In this document: positions 7,526 to 15,306 of the stretch, in pieces | Layout of the letters: each line of letters opens with the position of its first letter | Numbering within the stretch: position 1 is the stretch's first letter | Source of the DNA: Actinomycetota bacterium | GTDB lineage: Bacteria > Actinomycetota > Acidimicrobiia > IMCC26256 > VFJJ01 | NCBI GenBank assembly: GCA_009886115.1 | Contig: VFJJ01000043.1 | Coordinates: 47,082-67,081 of the forward strand | Length of the DNA stretch: 20,000 nucleotides | Direction: 5' to 3' | The notes under the pieces: generated by a model | The model's input: only the letters and a program-made list of their open reading frames with translations | Database searches by the model: none | Told to the model about the DNA's origin: nothing | Position numbers and translations under genes: made by a program

Positions 7526-8535
7526 GCGGCCCCGGCTTCACGCTCGCCGTCGTCCCGATCGTCACCGACGTCGTCGTCGTTCCCGGTGCCGTCCCCGGCG
7601 TCGGTGTCGTCGGTGTCGTCGTCGGCGGGGAAGATGCGGTCGTAGAGCTCCTCGATCACCGACTCGGGCGTGCGCGACGAGCCCTCGTACAGGCGGATCC
7701 GACCCGACAGCGCACTCACCGCAGCGTCGAGAGCCACCGAACGCTGGCGCGGCGGCCGGGCCCGGATCAGCCCCAGCTCGAGAGCCAGGATCTCGCAGTC
7801 GACGGCCCCCCGCACCGACGATCCGACCCGCACCTCGGGATGCTCGCGGGTGGCTCGCACCAGCTCCACGACCCGCTGGCGCCACCGCCGGCCGGACGCG
7901 CCGACATCCTCGGCCTCGGTGTACGGCGCCACGGCCCGCCCCACGATCTCGGCCTCGTCGGCCGCGCTCTGGTAGCCCATGGCGATGCGGCAGGTCCGGT
8001 CGTAGATCGCCGCCGAGATGCGTGCCGTCCCCACCGCGTCGAACGGGTTCATGGCTGCGACCAGCCGAAACCCGGGCGAAGCGGCGATGCGACCGACCCG
8101 GGGGACGTGCAGCTCGCCCTCGCTCATCACCGTGACGAGGACGTTGAGCGTCTCCTCGGGGATCCGGTTGATCTCCTCCAGGTACAGCAGGCCACCCTCG
8201 TGGAGGGCCACGGCCAGCGGGCCGGGCACGAAGGTCGACGGGCCGTACCCCTCGCTGAGAACCCGGGCCGGGTCGTGCGCGCCGACGAGGCGGGCCGGCG
8301 TGAGCTCGGCGTTGCCCTCGACGAACTCGAAGGGCACACCGCACCGGTGGGCCACCGAGCGCAACAGCGTCGACTTCCCGGTCCCGGGTGGGCCTTCGAG
8401 CAGCACGTGACGGCTCCCGGCCAGGGCCGCCACGACGATCTCGATCTCGCGCCGGCGACCCACGACGTCGAGCGTCAGAGCGTCGAGCAGCGCCCGACCA
8501 TCGGTGAACGCGGCGGGCTGGCGGGACGGGCTCAT
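7474..8535 (-). CDS. MoxR-family AAA+ ATPase (353 aa in the zero frame)
   Basis: Walker A GPPGTGKS, Walker B LLYLEEINR, AAMNP sensor I, AIYDR Arg finger, GSSVRG. Acidic low-complexity C-terminal tail. Confidence 0.93.
   Translation of the reverse strand: MSPSRQPAAFTDGRALLDALTLDVVGRRREIEIVVAALAGSRHVLLEGPPGTGKSTLLRSVAHRCGVPFEFVEGNAELTPARLVGAHDPARVLSEGYGPSTFVPGPLAVALHEGGLLYLEEINRIPEETLNVLVTVMSEGELHVPRVGRIAASPGFRLVAAMNPFDAVGTARISAAIYDRTCRIAMGYQSAADEAEIVGRAVAPYTEAEDVGASGRRWRQRVVELVRATREHPEVRVGSSVRGAVDCEILALELGLIRARPPRQRSVALDAAVSALSGRIRLYEGSSRTPESVIEELYDRIFPADDDTDDTDAGDGTGNDDDVGDDRDDGEREAGAAGKAPAPFPAEARRDGA
7478..7525 (-). other. Predicted programmed -1 ribosomal frameshift signal (G_GGA_AAA, 6-nt spacer, 15-bp hairpin)
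   Basis: Heptamer at 7525-7519 in X_XXY_YYZ phase with the ATPase frame. Spacer GCTCCA. Hairpin GCCCCGU(U)CCC(G)GCCGA-GGC-UCGGCGGGACGGGGC at 7512-7478. The -1 frame is the VWA frame. Confidence 0.8.
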
Positions 8536-8544
8536 CGGCGCCGG

Positions 8545-8550
8545 ACCCTA
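8545..8550 (-). promoter_or_regulatory. Putative -10 element (TAGGGT) for a leaderless or near-leaderless AAA+/VWA transcript
   Basis: TANNNT hexamer 9 nt upstream of ATG 8535. No SD present. Confidence 0.4.
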
Positions 8551-8625
8551 CTCGCGCCGTGGCCCGTCAGCGCTTCCCGCCCGCCAGTTCGGACCGCCGA
8601 CCGCCACGCGCCAGCACCGAGCCGT

Positions 8626-9336
8626 TCACCCTTCCGGGGTCGGCGCCGTGGAGGAGAAACCCGGGCGGAGGAGCTCCAGCAGTGCATCGACGAGCCCGTC
8701 GAGCAGACGCCGACCTTCGGCGGCCGAGGCGCCGGTGGCGTCACCGAGCACCCCGTCGAGGGCGTGGGGTCGCACCCCGTCGAGGTGGAGCCCGTCGAGG
8801 AGCTCGGCCAGCGGCGTCGTGTTGCCCACCGGTCGGACGGGCCGGACGGTCTCGGGAGCGAGGGCCAGCATCAGCGAGGTCTCGGTGCGACCGGCATGGG
8901 CGTCGCCACCGGGTACCGACGCAAACCAGGCGATCGCCGGCCGTCCCTCGCGACAGAGCTGGTCGGCGGCCTGCCTGACGGTCGGGGCGTTCCCGCCGTG
9001 GCCGCACACGAACACCGTTCGGGCGAAGGTGTGCGCCGCCGATCGGCCCAGCTCCACGAGCACGGCCCGGAGCGCGTCGTGGCCGATCGAGAGGGTGCCG
9101 GGGAAGCCCTGGTGCTCGCCCGAGGCACCGAAGACCAGCGCCGGAGCCACGACCAGGCCCGAGGCCCGACCGGCTGCGGCCCGGGCCACGCCGGTGGCCA
9201 CCACGGTGTCGGTGTCGAACGGGAGGTGGGGCCCGTGCTGCTCGGTCGCCCCCAGGGGCACGAGCAACGTCTCGTGGGCATCGGGCCCCGCTCGAACCTG
9301 GCTCAGCTCGGTCCAGGTCGCGTGCGCCAGGTCCAT
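8626..9336 (-). CDS. mftE: Mycofactocin biosynthesis peptidase (creatininase family)
   Basis: MDLAHATWTE..., PLGATEQHGPHLPFDTD, GASGEHQGFPGTLSIG, GHGGN, DAHAGRTETS, GVLGDATGAS. Start at ATG 9336; the ORF track over-extends it. Confidence 0.95.
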   Translation of the reverse strand: MDLAHATWTELSQVRAGPDAHETLLVPLGATEQHGPHLPFDTDTVVATGVARAAAGRASGLVVAPALVFGASGEHQGFPGTLSIGHDALRAVLVELGRSAAHTFARTVFVCGHGGNAPTVRQAADQLCREGRPAIAWFASVPGGDAHAGRTETSLMLALAPETVRPVRPVGNTTPLAELLDGLHLDGVRPHALDGVLGDATGASAAEGRRLLDGLVDALLELLRPGFSSTAPTPEG

Positions 9337-9409
9337 CAGCCGACGGCCGGCGCCGAGACCGCGTCGCGACCCGCCGGGCGAGGCCTCAGCAGCACGCGAC
9401 CCGAGCGGG

Positions 9410-10378
9410 TCACGGGAGGTATCCCCAGGTCCGGAGCTGTCCGACGATCTCGGCTGCGGCCTCCTCAGGTTCGAGATGCACGAGCCGAGGGGGGCTGCGA
9501 TCGACGAGCGCTCCGGTGAGGGCCAGGATGCGTTCGAGCGGCGTGAGCTCGGCGGACGGCGGCGACAGCACCCGGGGACGCGGACGATAGGGGCCGCGTC
9601 GGACGACCACGGGATCGACACGCTCCGACACCGTCAGCCGGGCGGCGGACGCGGCCACGACGACGCCAACGGGCTGATCGCGCGCCGCCAGCACTCCGGC
9701 GAGGCTGGCCCGACGGAGCCGGACCGGTCCGCCCTCGACCGAGATCACGACCGGCGAACCGAGACGGAGTCGCTCGCGGCGGCCCCCGTCGAGGCGACGT
9801 TCGACGACTCCGGTGGTGACGTCGATGGTCACCACACCGAGGGCCTGCCCGACGCCGAGCTCGGCCGCCAGGAACGCCGGCACCGAGGCCGAGCCCCGGT
9901 CGAGCGACGCGTTCCCGCACACCACCAGGTGCGATCCGTCGACCACCCCGGCGAGCTGGTGGGCCACGACCGGCGACGGAGCGTCGTCCGGGAGGCCGTC
10001 GATGCGCACCGCCGCGCTGGCACCCGAGGCCAGGGCTTCACGGAGCATCGCATCGGCCGCGGCCGGACCGACGCACACCACCGTCACGGTCGAACGCTCC
10101 AGCGGCGCCACTCCGCGACCAGCACCCTCAACAGGGCTAACGCTTGGGCTAACGCCGTCGGCAGGACCAACGCCGTCGGAGGGCGCAACCCGGTGGGCCC
10201 GGTCAGCAGCGTCGGCGGCGTCCGCGGCGTCGGCGATCCGTAGCGCCCATTCGAGTGCAGCCTCGTCGGCGGGCGACGGTCCGAGGCTGTGACGGTCGAC
10301 GGTGACCGTCCCGGTGAGGGCGTCCACCTCGAACCGCCGGGCCACGAGCTTCCAGCACACCGCCAGCGCCACGCTCAT
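9410..10378 (-). CDS. Electron transfer flavoprotein beta subunit (FixA/EtfB-like), mycofactocin-associated
   Basis: MSVALAVCWK, SPADEAALEWALRIA, VVCVGP, LREALASGA, VVCGNASLDRGSASVPAFLAAELG. ATG 10378 overlaps the fixX stop (ATGA). Confidence 0.88.
   Translation of the reverse strand: MSVALAVCWKLVARRFEVDALTGTVTVDRHSLGPSPADEAALEWALRIADAADAADAADRAHRVAPSDGVGPADGVSPSVSPVEGAGRGVAPLERSTVTVVCVGPAAADAMLREALASGASAAVRIDGLPDDAPSPVVAHQLAGVVDGSHLVVCGNASLDRGSASVPAFLAAELGVGQALGVVTIDVTTGVVERRLDGGRRERLRLGSPVVISVEGGPVRLRRASLAGVLAARDQPVGVVVAASAARLTVSERVDPVVVRRGPYRPRPRVLSPPSAELTPLERILALTGALVDRSPPRLVHLEPEEAAAEIVGQLRTWGYLP
10130..10236 (-). repeat. Short-repeat-derived insertion in the ETF beta gene
   Basis: GGGCTAACGC x2 (12-bp period), AACGCCGTCGG x2 (18-bp period) and 9-bp ADA repeats. 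Encodes ADAADAADAADRAHRVAPSDGVGPADGVSPSVSPV. Confidence 0.7.
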
Positions 10379-10683
10379 GACGCGTGGAAGACGACACCGT
10401 GGCCGCCCTCGGGGTAGCTCCAGCTGATGGCCCCTTCGGTGTCGCAGACCAGGTAGCAGGTGCCGCACTCGAAGCACTGCTCGTAGTTGAACACGATGCC
10501 CCCGTCGGACGTGGGCACGAACAGGTTGGCAGGGCAGGCCGTCACGCACGCCCGCGTCGAGCATCCCCGGCACGAGTCGCCGTCGACGACGATGTGCGGG
10601 GTCGGCGAGACACGGAACTCGACGGTGCCCATCCGGTCGTCGAACGACACCCGGGGCCAGGTTCGGGACGAGTCGTTGGTCAT
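10375..10683 (-). CDS. fixX: FixX-like 2[4Fe-4S] ferredoxin
   Basis: Eight Cys: CRGC-x4-C-x3-CP and CFECGTCYLVC; ends WSYPEGGHGV. ATG 10683 overlaps the fixC stop (TGATG). Confidence 0.92.
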   Translation of the reverse strand: MTNDSSRTWPRVSFDDRMGTVEFRVSPTPHIVVDGDSCRGCSTRACVTACPANLFVPTSDGGIVFNYEQCFECGTCYLVCDTEGAISWSYPEGGHGVVFHAS

Positions 10684-12026
10684 CAGCCGTAGCTCCTGAT
10701 CGCTGTCCAACCGTCGCGAGCCAGATCACGCAGACGCACCCTGGATCGGCGGGCCGACTTCCACGCGAGCCGAGCGATGCCCTGCTTGGGGGCGGGGTTG
10801 CGCACCGTGAAGAGGTCCTCGACGACGTCGCACGTGAGCTGCGGATACTGGAACTGGGCTCGCCCCGACAAGAGGAACTCGGGGACCCGGCGCAGCTTCT
10901 TGTGGTCGGCGAGCACGAAGTTGGCCTCGAGTCGGGCGCGGTAGCCGGCGAGGCCTCGCGCCGCGGTCGTGTCGCCGCTGCGGATGGCCTCGACGGCGGT
11001 CGCCCCGGCGGCCAGGCCCGAGCCGATCGCGAAGTTCACACCCTCGAGCCAGACCCCGGCCGCGAGGCACAGCCCGGCGGCGTCGCCGGCCACGAGCAGA
11101 CCGTCGCCGGCCAGGGTGGGGATCTGGTCGTAGCCGCCTTCGGGGATCAGGTGGGCCGAGTACTCGACGATCTCGCCGCCGGCGACAAATGGCGCGATCG
11201 AGGGGTGGGCCTTGAAGCCAGCGAGGATCTCCTCGGGGCGGTGCTTCGACGCGGCCAGGCCCGGGAGGTGCAGCACGACGCCGACGGAGATCGTGTCGAG
11301 GTTCGTGTAGAGGAAGCCGCCCCCGGGGACGTCCATCGTGCAGCCGACGACCTCGAAGTCGGCACCCTCACGGCCCGTGAGATTGAACCGCTGTTCGATG
11401 CTCTCCCGGGGCAGTCGCAGCACTTCCTTGACGCCGAGCGTGGTGTGCTCGGCCTGCTCGCTCGCCCCCGGATACAGGCCGGCGGCCTTGGCGATGAACG
11501 AGTTGACGCCGTCGCAGGCGATGACCACGCGGGCTCGTAGCGCTGAGGTCGAAGCGCCCGTGGCGGGGTCGGGCCGGTCGGTGACCACACCGACCACCCG
11601 CCCGGACGGGTCACGCACGACATCGGTGGCCACCGTGGAGGTGACCAGGACGCTGCCCGCGGCCTCGGCCTTGGCCGCCAGCCACGCGTCGAAGTCGGGG
11701 CGCAGCGCCGTCGCGCCGTTGTACGGGGGCCCGGCCCAGGTCTGCGATCGGAAGTCGAGGCACAGGCTCTGCGTGGGAGTGAGGATCATCGTGCCGCGTC
11801 GGGTGATCCACCGCTGGATGGGAATCTCGTCCCACCAATTGGGAATGACCTGGTCGAGGACCCGTCCGTAGATCACGCCGCCGTACATGTTCTTCGACCC
11901 GGGGAACGGGCCGCGCTCGAGCAGGGCCACCCGGAGCCCGGCCCGGGCGACGGCCAACGCAGCCGCCGATCCCGCCGGGCCGGCGCCCACCACGATCACG
12001 TCGAACGGGTCGGGGGCCGCGGTCAT
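10683..12026 (-). CDS. fixC: FixC-like FAD-dependent ETF:quinone oxidoreductase
   Basis: FDVIVVGAGPAG, ERGPFPGSKNMYGG, DGVNS, GGGFLYTN, EYSAHLIPEGG, GDAAG. Lies between etfA and fixX. Confidence 0.92.
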   Translation of the reverse strand: MTAAPDPFDVIVVGAGPAGSAAALAVARAGLRVALLERGPFPGSKNMYGGVIYGRVLDQVIPNWWDEIPIQRWITRRGTMILTPTQSLCLDFRSQTWAGPPYNGATALRPDFDAWLAAKAEAAGSVLVTSTVATDVVRDPSGRVVGVVTDRPDPATGASTSALRARVVIACDGVNSFIAKAAGLYPGASEQAEHTTLGVKEVLRLPRESIEQRFNLTGREGADFEVVGCTMDVPGGGFLYTNLDTISVGVVLHLPGLAASKHRPEEILAGFKAHPSIAPFVAGGEIVEYSAHLIPEGGYDQIPTLAGDGLLVAGDAAGLCLAAGVWLEGVNFAIGSGLAAGATAVEAIRSGDTTAARGLAGYRARLEANFVLADHKKLRRVPEFLLSGRAQFQYPQLTCDVVEDLFTVRNPAPKQGIARLAWKSARRSRVRLRDLARDGWTAIRSYG

Positions 12027-13294
12027 GTTCCTCCAACGCTCGGGAGTGCGTCCTGGTCGACGGGCTCGGCGGGGTCGAACGGCTCGGCGGGGTCGACGGC
12101 GATGAGCCGGGCCAGCGCATCGAGCACGGCCCGGGCGTCGCTCACGATCGCCAGGTCGGCCAGGCCCATCATGGGGCAGCTCGGATCGGTGTTCACCGAG
12201 ATCACATGGTCGGGATCACCCAGACCGGTCACGTGCTGCACGGCGCCGCTGATCCCGAAGGCAAGGTAGAGCCGGGGGTTCACGGCCACCCCCGTGGTCC
12301 CGATCTGGCGCTCGAAGGGGAGCCAGCCGGCGTCGGTGGCGACCCTGGTTCCGCCGAGCGAGGCTCCGAAGCGGGCGCCGATGGCCGCCAGCAGGTCGAA
12401 GCGCTGCGTGCTCGCCCCGTCGTCGGGGCCGGCCAAACCCTGGCCGCCGGCGACGATCCGGCGGGCCTCGGCCAGGTCGACGGTGCTCGGGTCGGCAGCC
12501 ACGAGCTCCACCAGCTCGGGATCGCCGGCCCCCATTCCGACGCTCACCACGACCGACGTGACCTCGTTCGCGGAAGGTGCCGGCGCGGCCGGGCCGGAGG
12601 TCGCGCCAGGCCCGGGCGCCCCACTCACCCCGGCCGCGATGCCTCGGGAGCCGGGGACGAGCGTCGCCACCGCCGGGCCGGCGAGGCGCACGTCGGTCTC
12701 GACCCCGCCGTGGTGGGTCACGACCGTGGCGCCGTGGAGGTCGATGCGGACCGCGCCCGCGACCAGGGGTCGATGAAGGACATGGGCCAACCGCGGCGCG
12801 AGGTCTCGGCCGTCGGCCGAGGCCGGCAGCACCACGACCGTCTCCGATGCCAGTGCCGCTGCCAGGGCCTGCGCCCACGCCGCCGGTGCGTACACGCCGA
12901 GCTCCGAGACCCGCAGCAGGCGCGCGGGGACGGCCAGGGTCGCTGCGGCCTCGACGACGCCCGAGCCCACGAGCCACACCCGTCCGCCGGCTTCGGCGAC
13001 GACCTCGTCGGCCCCGAGCGGGAGCTGACCGTCACGCACGGGCACGAGCGCCAGCATCCCGGCGTCGGGATCGCCGCTGGCGACGGTCCGGAGACCGGTG
13101 TCGGGGCCGGGATGGGCGCGGGGATCGGTGCCCCCGACCGCGTCGACGGGGGCACCAGCCGCCGGGACAGCACCAACCGCCGGAGCAGCGCCAGCGGCCG
13201 GGGCCACAAAGCGGCCGTCGGGGCCCCTTCGACGAGCCGGTCGAGGCGCGCCCCGACCGGCGTCGAGTGGTTCATCGGGTCGGCGCGCGCTCAC
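12023..13294 (-). CDS. Electron transfer flavoprotein alpha subunit (FixB/EtfA-like), mycofactocin-associated
   Basis: C-terminal part of ORF 12023..16174. GRDLAPRLA, DLAEARRIVAGGQG, GGTRVATDAGW, RQIGTTG, YLAFGISGAVQHVTG, VNTDP. Start is either GTG 13294 (GTGA-coupled to OYE2) or ATG 13057 (MLALVPVRDG). Confidence 0.9.
   Translation of the reverse strand: MSARRPDEPLDAGRGAPRPARRRGPDGRFVAPAAGAAPAVGAVPAAGAPVDAVGGTDPRAHPGPDTGLRTVASGDPDAGMLALVPVRDGQLPLGADEVVAEAGGRVWLVGSGVVEAAATLAVPARLLRVSELGVYAPAAWAQALAAALASETVVVLPASADGRDLAPRLAHVLHRPLVAGAVRIDLHGATVVTHHGGVETDVRLAGPAVATLVPGSRGIAAGVSGAPGPGATSGPAAPAPSANEVTSVVVSVGMGAGDPELVELVAADPSTVDLAEARRIVAGGQGLAGPDDGASTQRFDLLAAIGARFGASLGGTRVATDAGWLPFERQIGTTGVAVNPRLYLAFGISGAVQHVTGLGDPDHVISVNTDPSCPMMGLADLAIVSDARAVLDALARLIAVDPAEPFDPAEPVDQDALPSVGGT
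12063..12096 (-). repeat. 18-bp-period direct repeat in the ETF alpha C-terminal tail
   Basis: GGCTCGGCGGGGTCGA at 12063-12078 and 12081-12096. Encodes DPAEPFDPAEP. Confidence 0.75.
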
Positions 13295-15303
13295 AACCGC
13301 TCCCCCACCCGCTGCCCCTCGACGACCGCGGCGTGGATGCGGCGCGGCGCCACGCAGTCGCCCACACGCTCGACCCGGATCCCGGCGTCGCGACAGGCCC
13401 GCCAGAGACCGTCGGCGGGCGCGGCGGGAACGCACAACACCAGCCAGTCGACCTCGCGGAGCTCGGACCCGCCGGTCGGATGGTGCACGAGCTGCAAGGC
13501 CAGGCCCGGCCGGCCGTCGGCGCACGGCCCGGCACCCATCACGAGGGTGTCGGTCGTCTGGGCGATGCCCTTGGCCGACGCTCGCATCCACCACTGCTCC
13601 AGGTCGAGCGTGATCCCGAGGTCTTGGCCCACGACCATGCCCGGGGTGATCACCTCGACCGCGCAGCCCCGATCGGCGAGCAGCTCGGCGACCGACGTGG
13701 CCTGGTGGAACCCCAGCTCGTCGAACACGGCCACCCGGCCTGTCGGTGCCGCCCGTCCGGCGAGCACGTCGGTCACATCGACGACCAGCGCCCCGGGGGC
13801 TTCGGCCAGGGACGGGTCGACCTGCGGTACCCACCAGGGCCGTTCGGGCACCGAACCCGTGGCGACCACCACGACGTCGGGCCGCAGCGCCCGCAGCGAG
13901 TCGACCGAGGCCTCCTCGCCGTAGCGCATCGTCACGCCGGCCCGGCGGCACTCGGTGACCTGGTTGCGAATCACGTCGCCGAGCTCGGCCCGGTTGGCCA
14001 CCGTGGCCGCCAGACGGACCTGCCCGCCCGGCACCGGATCGCGCTCGATGACCGTCACGCGATGACCCCGATTCGCGGCGGCGATGGCGGCCTGCATCCC
14101 GGCCGGGCCCGCCCCGACCACGACCACCCGTTGCGGACGGTCGACCAGGGCCACCGCCGAGGCCCACCGGCCCCGCTCGGCCTCGCGGCCCGTGCGCGGG
14201 TTCTCGATGCAGCCCAGCCAGCGGTTGAGACCCATCCGCCCGACGCACTCCTGGTTGCACGACAGGCACAGGCGCGTGTCGTCGACATGACCGGAACGGG
14301 CCTTGGCCACGAAGTCGGCGTCGGCGATCTGGCCGCGCACCACCCCGACGAGGTCGCAGTGCCCGGCATCGAGGGCCCGCTCGGCCTGCAGCGGGTCCTT
14401 GAACCGACCGACGCCGACCACCGGCAACGAGATCGCCTTGCGAATCGCGCTCGGGATGAACATGGCGTATCCGGGCGGCACGTGCATCGACGCCTCGATC
14501 ATGTACAGGGTCGCGGTGGCGACGCCGATCGAGGTGTTGACGTAGTCGACCTGCCCGGTGGCTTCGACCATCCGGGCCACCTCGACAGCATCGTCGATGG
14601 TCGTGCCGTGCTCGATCAGCTCGTCGCCGCACAGGCGCACGCCGAGCGCCAGGTCGCGCCCGATCGTCTCCCTGACTGCGGCCACGATCTCGAGCAGCAA
14701 CCGAGCCCGCCGCGCCAACGTGCCGCCGTAGTCGTCGGTCCGGTGGTTCGTGGCGAGAGACAGGAAGCCCCGCACGATCGACGAGTGCGAGCATTGGAGC
14801 TCGATGCCGTCGAAGCCGCCCTGGCGGCAGTGCCCGGCCACGAGGGCGTATCCGGCCACGATCTCGGCGATCTCGCGGACCTCGAGCTCCTTGGGCACCT
14901 CCCGGAACAGCGGGTCGGGCACGCTCGAGGGGGCCCACACCGGCAAGCGGGAGTACATCGACGATGCCTGCCCGCCGTTGTGGTTGATCTGGGCGAAGAT
15001 CGGCGTGCCGTGGGCGTGCACGGCGTCGGTGATCTGCCGGTACCCGGGGATCACCGACGGCGAGAACCCGTGGATGAGCTTCTCGTAGGGCCAGTCGGTC
15101 GGGTGCACCGAGTGCTCCTCGGTGATGATCAGCCCCGCACCCCCCGCGGCCCGGGCTTCGTAGTACGCAGCGTGCTGATCGGTCGCGTGGCCGTCCTCGG
15201 CGTAGTTCGTGAGGTGGGCGCTGAACACGACCCGGTTCTCGACGGTGACCGGTCCGAGCCGCAGCGGGCTGAACAAGCGGGGATAGCGCGCGACGGTGGG
15301 CAT
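13291..15303 (-). CDS. Mycofactocin system FadH/OYE family oxidoreductase 2
   Basis: LFSPLRLG..NRVVFSAHLTNYA, TDWPYEKLIHG, CLSCNQEC..GCIENP [4Fe-4S] motif, VVGAGPAG, GDCVAPR. Confidence 0.92.
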   Translation of the reverse strand: MPTVARYPRLFSPLRLGPVTVENRVVFSAHLTNYAEDGHATDQHAAYYEARAAGGAGLIITEEHSVHPTDWPYEKLIHGFSPSVIPGYRQITDAVHAHGTPIFAQINHNGGQASSMYSRLPVWAPSSVPDPLFREVPKELEVREIAEIVAGYALVAGHCRQGGFDGIELQCSHSSIVRGFLSLATNHRTDDYGGTLARRARLLLEIVAAVRETIGRDLALGVRLCGDELIEHGTTIDDAVEVARMVEATGQVDYVNTSIGVATATLYMIEASMHVPPGYAMFIPSAIRKAISLPVVGVGRFKDPLQAERALDAGHCDLVGVVRGQIADADFVAKARSGHVDDTRLCLSCNQECVGRMGLNRWLGCIENPRTGREAERGRWASAVALVDRPQRVVVVGAGPAGMQAAIAAANRGHRVTVIERDPVPGGQVRLAATVANRAELGDVIRNQVTECRRAGVTMRYGEEASVDSLRALRPDVVVVATGSVPERPWWVPQVDPSLAEAPGALVVDVTDVLAGRAAPTGRVAVFDELGFHQATSVAELLADRGCAVEVITPGMVVGQDLGITLDLEQWWMRASAKGIAQTTDTLVMGAGPCADGRPGLALQLVHHPTGGSELREVDWLVLCVPAAPADGLWRACRDAGIRVERVGDCVAPRRIHAAVVEGQRVGERL

Positions 15304-15306
15304 CGG

